Origin: Octopus sinensis
Taxonomy: Eukaryota
Reading direction: 5' to 3'
DNA: 64,000 nt
NCBI RefSeq assembly: GCF_006345805.1
Contig: NC_043008.1
Location: forward strand, 41,540,001-41,604,000
Numbering within the stretch: the stretch's first letter is position 1; each line of letters starts with the position of its first letter. Below are positions 12,486 through 26,560 of the stretch, piece by piece. A program made the translations under genes and the position numbers. The notes below the pieces were generated by a model, which was given only the letters and a program-made list of their open reading frames with translations, was not told where the DNA came from and did not search any database.

Positions 12486-13649
12486 TTCACACTTGATGCT
12501 GGTCTTCATAATTTAATTATCACATGCCGATATCAAATGGTACAGCCAAATGATGACACTGAACATGATGGCCTGAATTCGTTAAGACACAGTTCAACAT
12601 CTGTCTGGCTCAAGAGCTGGACATATGATGAACACGTGGTATGGCCTACTTGATATTGGCCTGATGCACCACACTTTTTCTCAGGTCCACCTAATATCTC
12701 TCGACTTGCATTTCATTACCTATAGGGTTTCGCCTCCATCCCACTTAAGCACAGTGCCAAACATCAGGCCTGTGAAATTACCTCGCTTCCTATGATCAAG
12801 TCTGGTAACTCTCATTTATAGCTATTCATAGGGAACATAAGGTGGTCATTAGTACTATGGGTACTATGAAGGTCATAGGTGCTATGTTTTCTCCCAAACC
12901 AAAACATCAAAATATAACAGGAAAAACATTATATAAATGTTTCTGAATAATTAGAATGCAGAGAAACTGCGTTCACTATTACTTCTTATACTGCTAAGAA
13001 GAGAAGAAATTCCTTACCTTCTCATACTAAACAAGTAAGGATGTGTGTTTGACCTATAACAAGGTGGAATATACATTTCCTGTGGTCTAGGTCACCGAAT
13101 GACAATGATTTCATGCCGGCATCACAATCACAAATACGGAAATAAAACATGGCTGCCATTAATTGTATGTATGGCAGAAGTATTTAAGTGTTCGCTCACG
13201 GACACAATCTTGCTCAAATCAAATTCTGTCGTCGTTAGAAAAAGAACTGTACATTTACAGTGTCTGTAAAAAGAAACGCTGTGATGGTCTGTTTTGAAAC
13301 GGCGTTAATCGTACGTCTGCTTTATCAAAGCTATGCTTGAGTTAATATCTACTTTAGGATTTTGGCACACGGCCAACAGCTTTAGTGAGAGAGATAGCCT
13401 ATCATATGAATCCCATGCGAGAACGGAGCATCATTTTACCATGGAAGGATCAAGTCAGCATTTCATTTCAGAACGTTGAGAATTGTAAGAAATCCTGCTA
13501 TGCAATTCGACCGGCATTCTAACGATTCTTCCTGCTTGCCGCTAAACTACAAAACAACTAGATATTTTAGTAGTTATGTTACATACATAAAGCGAGGTTC
13601 ACATGCAGCGCCTGTGGTATAAAGCGAAATACGGACTTCTTAGGTTTAC

Positions 13650-13707
13650 CGTTTCTTTCTAACCTCTCTAACGGCAATCTACCACCCAGGTTATCCCAGA
13701 CGGCATC
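13650..13707 (-). CDS. Candidate exon C (58 nt)
   Basis: taataacatag|GAT GCC GTC TGG...AAC G|gtaaac; encodes DAVWDNLGGRLPLERLERN; phase 0 to 1. Confidence 0.35.
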
Positions 13708-15320
13708 CTATGTTATTAAATTAATCAACCATGGAAAAAGAAACTGAATATGATTCTAAGTGAGATTTCGTTACCAACATGGAATAGCCTGTGGTTAAAT
13801 GGGGCATATTGTTATTGGAACATTAGTATCTTAGTTTCCGCGAGTTCTTGCACGATATCTCTTCAAATTTCTTAGCGCAATTTCTCATCATGAGTGTATC
13901 CATACATTATTCTATGGTAGGATCGCTTTAACCACATTTTAACAATCATATTCGCATTCAAACACATATTAATGAATAAAACAGACATACGCACTTACAA
14001 ATACACATATACACACATAACCGATAACAGGTAATATACATTGTCGTATTCAATATTTATGTCCATATCCACGAACGTATAATGTCACTTCAGTAAACAT
14101 AAATATTTATATGTATGAATGTATGCATGTACGTTAACATATATATATATATATATGTATATATATATGTATGTATGTATGTGTATGTATGCATGCATGT
14201 ATGTATGTATGTATGTATGCATGTATGTATGTATGTATATATATACATATTAAGGTATGTAGAAAAATACAACATGGACAAGAACGTATAACTCTTAGAA
14301 GACGATACAATAAACACGGACAGGGCATTCGAAACCCTCAGTCTTCAGTCAAGAACCGGATCATCGTAGTAATTTCGGCTGATTAATCTTGAGATTACTA
14401 GATCACGGCCAGCCCTCCAGAAAAACTAAGCAACGAGCATTAGAAAAACTAAGCTGGGAGCGTAGATTTCCTGGAAGAAGGATCGAATCCATACGACACC
14501 AAAAGGGACGAATAATAAAAAACAAAAAATAATGGAATACAGAACAATGAAATACAGAAGCATTAACGGTGAAAACAACAAGTGTCTTACGACTGATAAC
14601 AAGCAAACAAATTTTTTCTCTGGCGCAAGAAAGGAGCCTTATCGGCGATGCCTATAGCGGCGGACGAAAAACAACGATGTTAACGACGCTGGTCAGAAGC
14701 TGAAAGGCAGATTTCGGCCAGCAGTCACGTGACAGAGGAGAGAGAAAAGAAAAGAAAGAGAAGCAGCGGAAGAGAGAGAGAGAGGAGAGAGAGAGAGGAG
14801 GGACAAAAGCAACAAAGAGAGAGAAGAGAGAGAAAGAAGGATCAGAGAGGAGAAGGGATGGGTGTCGAAGATTGACCTGTGAGTTGCAGAGCGAGACGAA
14901 GATTAGGGGGTAGTGGAAGATTAGACCAAAGAATCAGAGGAAAGAGAAGAGAAAAAAGGATGAGTAGAGAGAGAAGGGGACAGATCAAGTAAAAGAGAGA
15001 GAGAGAGAGACAAACAAAGAGTCGTACACACACAGATAACATTGATACATGTGTGTGTATACTATATATGTATGTGTTTGTACATCTATATGTATATATA
15101 AGTATTAGCTTACATACACTCAGACACACACATGTACACACGCACACACATATATATGCATGTATATATAAACATATATATACACACATATGCATATATA
15201 CATATGTATATATATATGTGTTATATATATATATATATATATATATAAACACATCTACATGCATATATATATATACATATAATCTATATTATATATATGT
15301 ATATGTATATATATGTATAC

Positions 15321-15368
<48 letters not shown>

Positions 15369-15569
15369 TATAATATATATATATTATATATTATATATTA
15401 TATATATATATATATATTAACATGAAATATTTACATGCAGACACTCACACATAACATGTATTTGTATATATATATAAATATATGCATATAATATATATAT
15501 ATATATATATATATACATACATACATACATATATATATATATAATATATATATATATATATAATATATA

Positions 15570-15620
<51 letters not shown>

Positions 15621-15739
15621 ATTGTATGTTATGTGTGATTGTCTGCATGTAAATATTTCATGTAAATTGCATATGTGAGCGATAGAAAACTGAAATTGCT
15701 CTCCCATGAATGCGATAAATTAACACCGCTTTTCTTTAC

Positions 15740-15776
15740 CTTTCTCACTTCCATTTCTTGGACATTTATATCTTTA
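15740..15776 (-). CDS. Candidate micro-exon B (37 nt)
   Basis: tttgcttcatttcag|T AAA GAT...AGA AAG|gtaaag; only one open frame, KDINVQEMEVRK; phase 2 to 0. Confidence 0.35.
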
Positions 15777-16187
15777 CTGAAATGAAGCAAAATGGACAGG
15801 CATTGCATTCACACGCACCACACACTCACGCTTACAAACCTGTTCATAACACGTACACATCTGTAATAGTATGGGAGTGAATATGTATGTGAGTGTGGCT
15901 GAGTTTTTCTCTGTGTGTCTGTGGGTGCGCCTGTGGTTATATGATTGTGCGTTGTAAAGCTGTGGTTGTTTAAGGGTGTAAGTATCATAGGAACAATTAT
16001 GTTAAATTCAAGGTTGGATTTCTTGTTTCTCAACTGTAAATCGTAGCAAATATACCCGTCTTCAAACACACACACTCTCTCTCTCTTTCACTTTCTCTCT
16101 CTCTCTCTCTCTGTCTCTCTCTTTCTAATTCTCTCTTTTCTCTCTCTCTTTCTCTCATACACACTTACACACACTTACACACACGTA

Positions 16188-16480
16188 TATATGCACGCGC
16201 ATACGTATGTAAGCACATGTATGTTCCTATGTAAACATATAGCCATACACACATATACATATATGTGTTCGTTTGGGTGTGCATTTTCAATATATACATA
16301 CATACACACACACACACACATGTACACACACACACATGTACACACATACACACACACACAGACGCGCGCATATATGCACGCGCATACGTATGTAAGCACA
16401 TGTATGTTCCTATGTAAACATATAGCCATACACACATATACATATATGTGTTCGTTTGGGTGTGCATTTTCAATATATAC
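16188..16480. repeat. Local tandem duplication: ~110 bp identical units, 183 bp offset
   Basis: 16188-16297 equals 16371-16480, bounded by (CA)n tracts. Confidence 0.9.
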
Positions 16481-16487
16481 ACACACG

Positions 16488-16521
<34 letters not shown>

Positions 16522-16884
16522 ATATATGTATGTATGTATATACGCACACACAGAGGTGCCATGCGTTAGAGAAAGAGTGTGAGACAGACCCCGCTTGTGT
16601 GTTGTTTATGTATAATGAATATTCTCACAATTTTGTTCTGAAGACAAACCAAACTGTAATACAAATAGACAGACAGCAGGCAGGCAGAGTGAGTGACAGA
16701 ACAAGAAATGAGTGTGCTAGCGGAATGAGGAATGATGTGAATCGTTTAACAGTTTCAACTTTCTACATTTGCCCTCTGTTGATCTTAGATGTGGTTTTGT
16801 CTCTCGGATTTTACTTGCATTCGGACGTTTATGTAAAACTTATCTGTTTTTTTTCTAAATCCTTCATTCGTGATTTCGGTTGTA

Positions 16885-18200
16885 GCCATAACTCATATTC
16901 AGTGGAGAACACGGAAGCCAAAATCAATAAGTTGACAAGGAAGTTGGTTTGTTTCCCTCCAGGTTTTTCAGGTGATGCACACTCCTGTTGCCAGGCCAAG
17001 CTGGAGTTACCTCTCAAGTCCATCATTGAGGAATACAAAGTCGGTCCTGCAAGGCTTGAAACGTGCTTGAAAGCTCGAAACACAAGGTTGTGAGATCGAT
17101 CCGGCCTAAACTGAAGAGATGCATGAAGTGGAAAGTCCAAGAGGTGATAGATGAGGCAAAAGAAGACCTTTCGATCAGAGACATAATGGAACACACTCAG
17201 ACCAATAGGAAGGAACTGAACATCATAAAAGTGGAAAGATGGTCAGAAGCCAGGGCATAGTGGAGGAAAGATCTGATTTTACAGGAGTTTATAAAAGAAG
17301 AGGAGACGATAAGAATTGGGAAGATAGTACAGCAGAGGCAGCACAGAAGAGAGTATAGAGCCGGAAGGCAGCATAGCAGAGGCAATAAGACATAGGAAGG
17401 GACATTCCAGAAGTACCTCAGCTGGAACGAGTTGCGGAATTTAGCGCCTCTCAGAATAAGTTTTATCCTAAGGTCTATCTATGATCTTCTGCCTTTGAAT
17501 ACGAACCTAGTGAAGGTAGTGGTGGATGAGGGTAAATCAGATAATTCTGAATTTCCACTCTACCGAGGTAGGCAAACAATGGAATACATTTTGAACTCTT
17601 GCAGAGTATCTCTAACCCAAGGAAGGTGCTCGTAGAGGCACACTCAAGTGCTTAAGATTTTACACCTCATAAGTATGACCAGAGTAAAATCCATAGCACC
17701 AAAATTTCCAACAGTATCCAACATGGCTGGGGACAGCAAACTATAGCCAGGAACAGCTAGGTCATACGGGGCACGGGAATGGAGTCTTCTGGGTAGTGTA
17801 GATGGCCGGAACATTCAGGAAACTTCCCAGGATAAGGCAATAACCAGAAATCATCCCGAAGTGTGGCTCGTGGCCGGATATCGTTCTCCATTCCAATTCC
17901 TCAAAGTAACTGATTTTGATTGAACTCACCTTTCTAATTTAAAGTAGAATATAGGAAGCACACATAGTTAAGACCGAAAAATACGCCAGTTTGGCCATCA
18001 AGCTAAGGGAAACCAACTTTCAAGTCAAGGTTCTTACCACCAAAGATTGGAGGCAGAGGTTGCGTGGGCAAATCTGCTTTCGGTCTAATGAAACAATTCT
18101 CAGTCTCTGAGAATAACAGGACAAAAGTTTTAAAGGCAATATTAGAGACGGTGGAGAGGATTTTCTAGATGGATTTGGTCAAGAAAGAATAAATATTTTT
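16885..18200 (+). mobile_element. Decayed, 5'-truncated R2/NeSL-type (restriction-like endonuclease) non-LTR retrotransposon
   Basis: Broken frames give KINKLTRK..FPPG..QAKLELPLKSIIEEYK, KWKVQEVIDEAK, LAPLRISFILRSIYDLLP, a degenerate CCHC knuckle (FPLY..QTMEYILNSC) and RLE motifs PDIV (17874), ELT and KY. Confidence 0.8.
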
Positions 18201-18370
18201 GTATTTTAACCCTACAGAGAATCGACCTGAGTGGTTATTCATTACGATAACGTTGACGTTTCACAGCTACCATGACAAAGAACGTTAATTCTTCTTAGAG
18301 TATTAGCTAGAAAGCTGAATCAACGAGATGCGTTAGAACTAAGGAATCACTAAAGGGTTTAAATGCACAA

Positions 18371-18541
18371 GGCTCAGGAGTGGCTGTGTGGTAAGTAGCT
18401 TGTTTACCAACCACATGATTCCGGGTTCAGTCCCACTACGTGGCACCTTGGGCAAGTGTCTTCTACTATTGCCTCGGGCCGACCAAAGCCTTGTGAGTGG
18501 ATTTGGTAGACGGAAACTGAAAGAAGCCCGTCGTATATATA

Positions 18542-18573
<32 letters not shown>

Positions 18574-18788
18574 ATATGTGTGTCTGTGTTTGTCCCCCTA
18601 GCATTGCTTGACAACCGATGCTGGTGTGTTTATTTCCCCGTTACTTAGCGGTTCGGCAAAAGAGACCGATAGAATAAGTACTGGGCTTACAAAAGAATAA
18701 GTCCCGGGGTCGATTTGCTCAACTAAAGGCGGTGCTCCAGCATGGCCACAGTCAAATGACTGAAACAAGTAAAAGAGTAAAAGAGTAA
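18371..18788 (+). mobile_element. tRNA-derived SINE family A, full length
   Basis: A box TGGCTGTGTGG, B box GGTTCAGTCCC, CORE-like GGCACCTTGGGCAAGTGTC, internal TA/TG microsatellite and (AAAGAGTA)n tail. Resembles described octopus SINEs (OK/OR1/OR2 group); exact family not assigned. Confidence 0.9.
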
Positions 18789-18799
18789 GTCTCTGATAT

Positions 18800-18930
18800 C
18801 CAAGTACTTAAGAATCATGACCTAGATGCGGCCCAGTCCTCTTACAGTGTAAAAAATTAAGGGCCCAAATTCAGTCTGAGTGAGGTTTCTTCCCTGAAGA
18901 CCTGCTTTGAAGGTCTCAAGTATTTCTTAC
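18800..18930 (+). repeat. Unclassified interspersed repeat (second copy at ~28210-28345)
   Basis: The CATGACCTRGATGCGG...TTAAGGGCC block is shared by the two loci. Confidence 0.5.
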
Positions 18931-19404
18931 CACGTATTCAGCTATTAGCTAAGCGTTTTATACTATCACATTCTTCTGATCACCGTCTTTTCCATCGTTA
19001 AACACACCCTCATACTCTGTCAATATTGTCAAAAGATAACCGGGGTATCTTTTATTTTTGCAATGGAATATCTTGAAATGGAATATCTTGTTGTTTTTTT
19101 TTTGACTGGCCAAGGATCTATTTCACATTTTGGTCTTCCTTATAAATAATAATAATAATCATAATGAAATCCAGTCGCTATTTGGTACGAATAATGGTAA
19201 TAGAAATCTAATCATCATATACTTATTCATAATTATGTATGGAAATAAGCAAATTTTCTTTTTAATTAATCAGAATGCCTGATTGAGACTAACTTTAAAA
19301 TTATAAATTTAGTGCGAAAAAGGGTTCAATGGTTCGTTCAACATTAGGAACAAAGCCTGAAATTTTATTTTATTGTGGAGCTTCTTGTTTACATCGCTCC
19401 CTTT

Positions 19405-19558
19405 CTTCCCAGTGTTCAACTGGTTCGTATATTTATCGACCCCGAAAGGATGAAAGGCAGAGTCGACCTCGGCTGAATATGAACTCGGAATGTAAGCCGA
19501 AAGAAATTCCACTAAGCATTTTGTCCGATATGCTAACGATTCTTCCAACTCGCCGCCT
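19405..19558 (-). mobile_element. SINE family C, diverged
   Basis: ATCGACCCCGAAAGGATGAAAGGC..GTCGACCTCGG and head CTCGCCGCC. Confidence 0.8.
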
Positions 19559-19654
19559 CAAATTACTTCAATAATGAAAATAGTTCTGTATTACATGTAC
19601 ACACACACACACGAACATACATATATATATATATATATAATATATATATATATA

Positions 19655-19900
19655 GGCGCAGGAGCGGTTGTGTGATAAAAAGCTTGCTTCCCAACCACAT
19701 GGTTCTGGTTCAGCCCTACTGTTTAGCACTTTGGGTATGTGTCTTCTACTATAGCCTTGGGCCAATCAAGCCTCGTGAGTGGGTTTGGTAGTCGGACACT
19801 GAAAGAATCCCGTGGTATATATATATGTATATGTATCTGTGTGTCAGTGTGTTTACATCCCTGTGACATAGCGGTTCGGCATAAGAGCCCGATAGTATAA
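19655..19900 (+). mobile_element. SINE family A, 3'-truncated
   Basis: Head and body match 18371. Confidence 0.8.
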
Positions 19901-19952
19901 GGTTCTCCTAAAAGATATATATATATAAATTTATATATATATATGACTGTGT

Positions 19953-20011
<59 letters not shown>

Positions 20012-20651
20012 AATATATATATATATATATATGTGTGTGGAACACAGACATGCACGCACCCACATGCATGCGCACACATACTACACGCAAATCCATAGTC
20101 ATGTATACATTCATGTGGGTGTGTTCCTCAGTGTATCTTGTGCCGTGGAGGAAACGCCGTGGAAAGTTATTCTTTGAACGGCAATCGCCGCACGAAACTC
20201 AGTTAAGAACACCACTTCTTTAAATTAACGACATAAACGTAATTTCAAAATGATAATAATTGTTCATTCTTGTGTATTAGGAATATCTGCTTAAGGATTA
20301 TCTGTGTTATGATCACATGAGTAGATTTATTTCCAAATAATTAATTCAATAATCGGAAGATCTGTGGGAAATATTAAGGAAATAATTAGCAAATCTTTCT
20401 GTGATTTAATATGGATTCCTGAAAAGAATCTAATGAATTAATTAGGATTCGTTAGTTTCATATCTTGCCTATCGTTTAACTTCCGGTATATTTCCTAGAT
20501 GTCGTCACATGCGACCGGCTATATTGTTATACAAGAAATTACGTTCGGTAGCAGTCACCCAATACCCCCCTCTGATGCGTGTGTGCAACCACGCGAATGC
20601 TGTACTGCACGGAATATTCTATTTATACTGCTTGGCGATACGGCTGCCTAC

Positions 20652-20673
20652 CTTTCTATGAACGGATCCCGCA
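20652..20673 (-). CDS. Candidate micro-exon A (22 nt)
   Basis: tgcttttgcag|TG CGG GAT CCG TTC ATA GAA AG|gtaggc; joins exon B in frame (RDPFIES-K). Confidence 0.3.
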
Positions 20674-21267
20674 CTGCAAAAGCAATGCATTATAAACGCA
20701 TGATAACCATGATACATATAAATACATTCATATATATACATACGTATATATATACACGTGTGCGTGCGTGTGTATCTGGGAATGTATCACATATATTTTT
20801 CTGTGTGTGTGTGTGCACACACATTTTTATGTGTCTATATATGAATACACACACACAGAGATATATGTATATATCTGTATGTGTGTCTGTGAGTGGAAAA
20901 TGACAGATAGATAAATGAGCCGGTTTCATGAGTTTTGATCTACGGCTGACTAGAAATTTTGTGTCTTCAGAACTTTGGCTGGACAGGGAAATTTGACGAT
21001 AAGAAGAAAACAACATACGCAAACATAAATATTTTTCTCAAAAATATATTCAAGGAATGTAAGGCAAGAATTATCTCGCAAAAATTATCAGCTGAAAGGC
21101 AGAAGAATAAAGGTTAATAAACACAGGAAAAAAGTACGTGTGATATATCAAAGTACATGATACTAAGGAATAAAATACATCTGATATTTCAACTCTTTAC
21201 ACGCTAAAGATGGTTAAATGGTAAAGACATCACCTTCGGTCATGGGATTATATCCGGAAAGTTACCT

Positions 21268-21495
21268 CTTTCTTTATTACCCACAAGGGGCTACACACAG
21301 AGAGGACAAACAAGGACAGACAGAGGGATTAAGTCGATTATATCGAGGCCTGTGCGTAACTGGTACTTATTTAATCGACCCCGAAAGGATGAAAGGCAAA
21401 GTCGACCTCGGCGGAATTTGAACCCAGAACGTAGTGGCAGGTGAAATACAGCTAAGCATTTCGTCCGGCGTGCTAACGATTCTGCCAGCTCGCCG
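21268..21495 (-). mobile_element. SINE family C, full length, tail type 1
   Basis: Reverse complement of the 31199-31430 copy. Confidence 0.9.
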
Positions 21496-21519
21496 TAGCA
21501 CAAGTCCGGGTAAGTTTGT

Positions 21520-21760
21520 TTATGGAAGACAAGCAGAAGACTAGCCTCCCCTCCCCATTGATATTGTCCAAAGAAAAATGAAAAGCCGATAAAGTTTGAC
21601 ACCAGTGACGTCGCAACTCGTTTCTACAGCTGAGTGAGCCGGAGCAAAAGGAAATAAAGTGTCTCGCTCAAGAACACAAGAAAGATTCCGGTCCAGAAAT
21701 CGAACTCGCTACCTCGTGATTGTAAGCCTAACGCTCTTACCACTGAGCTATGCGACTTCA
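21520..21760 (-). mobile_element. tRNA/CORE-like SINE family F (B-like core, different tail)
   Basis: Minus head GCATAGCTCAGTGGTAAGAGCG...GAGTTCGATTTC, then TGTGTTCTTGAGCGAGACACTTTATTTC. Related fragments at 24370-24530 (-) and 44745-45010 (+). Confidence 0.75.
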
Positions 21761-21803
21761 ATATGCTAACGAAGACACGTGTTAAATCGAATACCACAAC
21801 GAT

Positions 21804-22227
21804 TACTCTTACTCTCTTTTTACTCTTTTACTTGTTTCAGTCATTTGACTGCGGCCATGCTGGAGCACCGCCTTTAATCGAGCAACTCGACCCCGGGACT
21901 TATTCTTTTGTAAGCCCAGTACTTATTCTATCGGTCTCTTTTGCCGAACCGCTAAGTAACGGGGACATAAACACACCAGCATCGGTTGTCAAGCAATGCT
22001 AGGGGGACAAACACATACACACACACACACACAACACACGCATATATATATATATACATATATACGACAGGCTTCTTTCAGTTTCCGTCTACCAAATCCA
22101 CTCACAAGGCATTGGTCGGCCCGGGGCTATAGTAGAAGACACTTACCCAAGGTGCCACGCAGTGGGACTGAACCCGGAACCATGTAGCTGGTAGACAAGC
22201 TACTTACCACACAGCCACTCCTGCGCC
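21804..22227 (-). mobile_element. SINE family A, full length
   Basis: Reverse complement of the 18371 copy; a 20-bp segment at its 5' end is duplicated at 22212-22250. Confidence 0.9.
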
Positions 22228-22624
22228 CTATAGCCACTCCTGCGCCCTATGGCTACCGAAGAATCTCACAAGTCATATTGCACACCATTGTTGATTCTTG
22301 AGGATTATACGAAAAGTATACAATATCCTTAAAGTTTTTTCAATATAATTTCACAAATAATTTTGCAAATACAAATAAGGACTGCTAGTTGACGGAGATA
22401 TTTCACGAATATACATCAGAAAATATCTAGTGCCTCAGCAGCCTATTACGGGTAGTTGTAAATACTCTTCATGTCTATTTAAATCTAAATGGAATGAAAT
22501 AATGAATGGAAATTAACACGAGCACACTTCAAAAGCAGGATGAGATCTATCGACGATTGGCTTATTCTAGTCTCAGACTTAAAAGGAAAATCACTGTCAA
22601 AAGTATACGAGGAACTTTGTATGC

Positions 22625-22645
22625 GTGTGTGTAATTACACACACG

Positions 22646-22703
<58 letters not shown>

Positions 22704-22754
22704 ACACACACACACAAATATACATACATATATGTAATACATTTACAGACAGAC

Positions 22755-22791
<37 letters not shown>

Positions 22792-22871
22792 CATACACAC
22801 ATGTATATACATAGATAGATAGATACTCCCCCGCAAAGTTTGAAGAGTTCCAATTGACAAAAGGTGTACAG

Positions 22872-22945
<74 letters not shown>

Positions 22946-22989
22946 ATAGACAGATAGACAGACCAACAGACAGACAGACAGACAGACCT

Positions 22990-23046
<57 letters not shown>

Positions 23047-23048
23047 AA

Positions 23049-23117
<69 letters not shown>

Positions 23118-23125
23118 CAGAAAGA
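22625..23125. repeat. (CA)n, (TA)n, (GATA)n, (GACA)n and (GAAA)n arrays
   Basis: Seen directly. Confidence 0.95.
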
Positions 23126-24547
23126 TAAGTTGCCGAAAATGATAATTGTAAAAACCAATACTAATTGTTACATAAAATTCATTATCAAAAGTGTAGTTGT
23201 GTTACCCCAGTTGAGTTACTTCAATTATTGTATTTTAATTGCATAGATTTAAGTTCATTAGATTTGCATTCAACAATCTGAGGAGAGAATATGGCTGTCG
23301 TATAATTAACGGTTGTAACCTTCAGTACGTTGTTTTAAGTGCTGTAATAACATTTCTTGCGAAGTTGTGGATTATCAGAGTTACCATTGGTTCTATTTTT
23401 ATTTTTTGAGGTTATAGTTATTTATGCCATGTCCTAATATTGCTTCTCTTAACTCGGTGTGTAATTCATATAATGGTAATTTCACTCATGGTTTCTTTAT
23501 TTATATCGTTGCATCACGAGTATTTCTATACCTTACATTTTTTTTGCTAGATCGTCTCCCTACTCAGTGAAAATCAACAGGATTGTTGGCCACGTTTAGT
23601 ATTACGGTAACCTTGATCGAACATATGTATGATCAAATAGAATTCGTCCATAGCCATCCATTATATTTTTCTTCAGTATTACAAGTATACAGTGTATCGT
23701 ATACTGACTTGTATACCTCCAAATGAAGACAACTCAAATATACAAAACGCATACGTAAACACATGCATCAATGCACACATATATCCTCATGTCATCATGT
23801 CACACAAATACACATACCTATATATATATGAAAGGGGTACTCCCCCGCAAAGTTGGAAGAGTTCCAATTGACAAAAGACCTACAGGATCAGTTGTATTTG
23901 GCGACAGGGTCAAATACAGGAGTGAAGAATTCACGGACGGCTTTGTTACTGAGCCAGAGTTATTGATACCAACTGTCAAGTTTGTAAGAGTCAAAAATGT
24001 TGCAGTGGATCAATGACTGTACCAACTGGTGTTACTTAAGGGCGTGAAACTCTGTGAGGTTGTTATGTGGAGGTTGTTATGTCTAAGAATCTGATTTTCA
24101 CTGTAGGTTTAGCTGTTTCCGATAAGTCTCTGATAAAGCTGATATAATAATCAATAGTTCTGAAAGGTCGGAAGATGTCATGTAAGATTTGCATGCGATT
24201 TGAGTAGTGGAAATAAGGCCCCTGTGAACCGACACAATAGTGACAAAATAAGTTGGCGCTTGGAGGTTTGTGTATAGCAGCGAGAAAAATATCAACTTTG
24301 TTTAGAGAGGAGGTGTGATTGCCAGAGATTTGACTATACCAGGAAAATAATTGATATTTAATGATATTATATAAGGACCCCTTCGGTCATGAATGACCAT
24401 GTGATTGTACCTAAAATTGTACCTAGGAGACTAGCAAACGTCAATGCATACCAGCCTCTCCACTCTACGCAAAAGCCGATACAGCTTGACGTCGCAACTC
24501 ATTTTTACAGATGAGTGAACTGGAGCAAACTTAAAAACAACGTCTTA

Positions 24548-24579
<32 letters not shown>

Positions 24580-25365
24580 TATATATATTATATATATATA
24601 TATGTGGGAAGTTTACACTACCGCACAGGTACCTGTATTTCATTATAAAATCATTTATTAAATTCGACTGACGTTTGCGCATAATCTGTTATTATTTAGA
24701 GAAAATAACATGAGAAAAATTGTTGTCAAAAAATACCTGTTGGGTATCTTAGATTGCATTTCCTTGATGAGACCCTGCCTTTTTTTAATGGCTATTGGTA
24801 AATGATATCCATAACAAATAATATACATAGTCTTGCTACCTGGGAAGTAACAATCATTTTCTGGTGTGTGACCCATACTTATCGACTAGAAAGGCGCATT
24901 TGATCATGGGTGATATTTCAGATCAAGGGTTTGTTAAAAACTTCACACGCATGAATATTCGCTTACATATACGGGAGGGAAGGGTGCTGAATAGTTCCTG
25001 GCTTTGGGTAAAAGAAAAACAGGAGGATCGCTTAATTATGATTTTATTTAACAAATTTCCCTCTCAGATTCACACTCTTATTGCAGCGGTCCTTCAGTTT
25101 TTCCCTGTAGAGGAACTCCGAATGCTGGGCCGCCAACCAAGCCTTTCGTGACATATATACAAGCAAATATGCATACAAATACATACATACATACATACAT
25201 ACATACATAAATACATATATACATATATATATAGACATACATACATATATATATAGAGACATACATACATACATATATATATAGACTTACGTACATACAT
25301 ACATACATATATACCTATATAAATAAATATATATATAAACATTAATACATACATACATATATATA

Positions 25366-25399
<34 letters not shown>

Positions 25400-25724
25400 G
25401 ATGTATGTATACAGTCTGATGGATTTTATCTTGATTGTCTAATATTTCTGGATTTAATAATCAAGATGAAGCCCACGACAATGGATTTGAGTTTTCTCAT
25501 CGAATGTACTTTTCCGTTATATTTCATTCGCTTGTTCGTCATTTATACTAACATTATTGCATTCTCGTTTTTTACCTTCATTCTCACTTGTCTTTTATGT
25601 ACTTAAATAAGTAACACACCAACTACTAGCGTAAATAATAGCTTCTTGCATAAAAATGATAGAAATGTCTCAATATCCTGTGTATCGATGAGATGAATCG
25701 TTTCTTCCGACTATCCACACTCAC

Positions 25725-25840
25725 ATAATGGCCACTAGGAAGATTACTACCGTCGGTGTAGCACTGGCTGTTGGTGTTTTGTTCATTGTTCTCCACTATG
25801 ATTGTGTTGTGGTTGATGAGGTAGTGCAAACTGCTAGCTC
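25725..25840 (-). CDS. Candidate exon Z (116 nt)
   Basis: ctgtttgtttccag|GA GCT AGC...CAT TAT|gtgagt; only one open frame, ASSLHYLINHNTIIVENNEQNTNSQCYTDGSNLPSGHY; strong splice signals. Confidence 0.4.
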
Positions 25841-25929
25841 CTGGAAACAAACAGTCTTTTACATCTCTGTATTTGACTCCCAAAGTCCTGATGTCTCCGC
25901 CGCCATCTCTGGCGTATCCCGTTATGAGT

Positions 25930-26316
25930 CTTGGTAGTTTCGTTGTGGACAACGTTGCTATTGGTGATGACGGTAAGGACGGATGTGATGATGGTGATAA
26001 TGATAACGAGGGTGTCTTTGCTGTTGTTGTTTTTATTGTTGGTGTTGGTGTTGGTGGTGGTGGTGGTGGTGGTGGTGGTGGTAGTGGTGTCGGTGGTGGT
26101 GTTCGTGTTCGTGTTCGTGTTCGTGTTGGTGTTCGTGTTGGCTCTGATGGCGATTCTGTTGCTGTTGCTGTTGTTGTTGCTGTGTCTGAAATTGTCACCG
26201 ATGGTGACAGGGAAGACGAAACTGATGTTGATGATGACGATGACGAAGGTGATAGTGACGATGACAATGAGGAGCAAGAGAGGAATGGTGACTGCCATGT
26301 TGCGGACGAGGATGAC

Positions 26317-26349
<33 letters not shown>

Positions 26350-26560
26350 GACGACGATGAAATCGACGACAACGACGACGACGATGACGACGATGACGAT
26401 GACGATGACGACGACGACGACGGTACTGAAGGTGGTAACAGAGATATTGATGACGATAAAGTTGAGGAAGAGGAGGAATGAAAGGTAGAACAAGAGGAGG
26501 AGGAGGAGGAGGAGGAAAGGAAAGACGAAGAGGAATAGGAAGAGGAAAGACGACCAATGG
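25930..26560. repeat. Mixed trinucleotide (GAT/GGT/GTT/GAC/GAG) low-complexity tract
   Basis: Seen directly. Confidence 0.9.

Noticed and set aside
14330-14420. Hammerhead-like GGCTG/CAGCC-GAAA stem and a nearby CTGAAGA on the minus strand
   Set aside because: No CUGANGA upstream of the stem and no GAAA-closed stem after CTGAAGA. The surrounding 14230-14740 may be a repeat but cannot be classified from this window.
16191-17093. 300-aa ORF
   Set aside because: Chimera of CA/TA microsatellite translation and a decayed retrotransposon frame.
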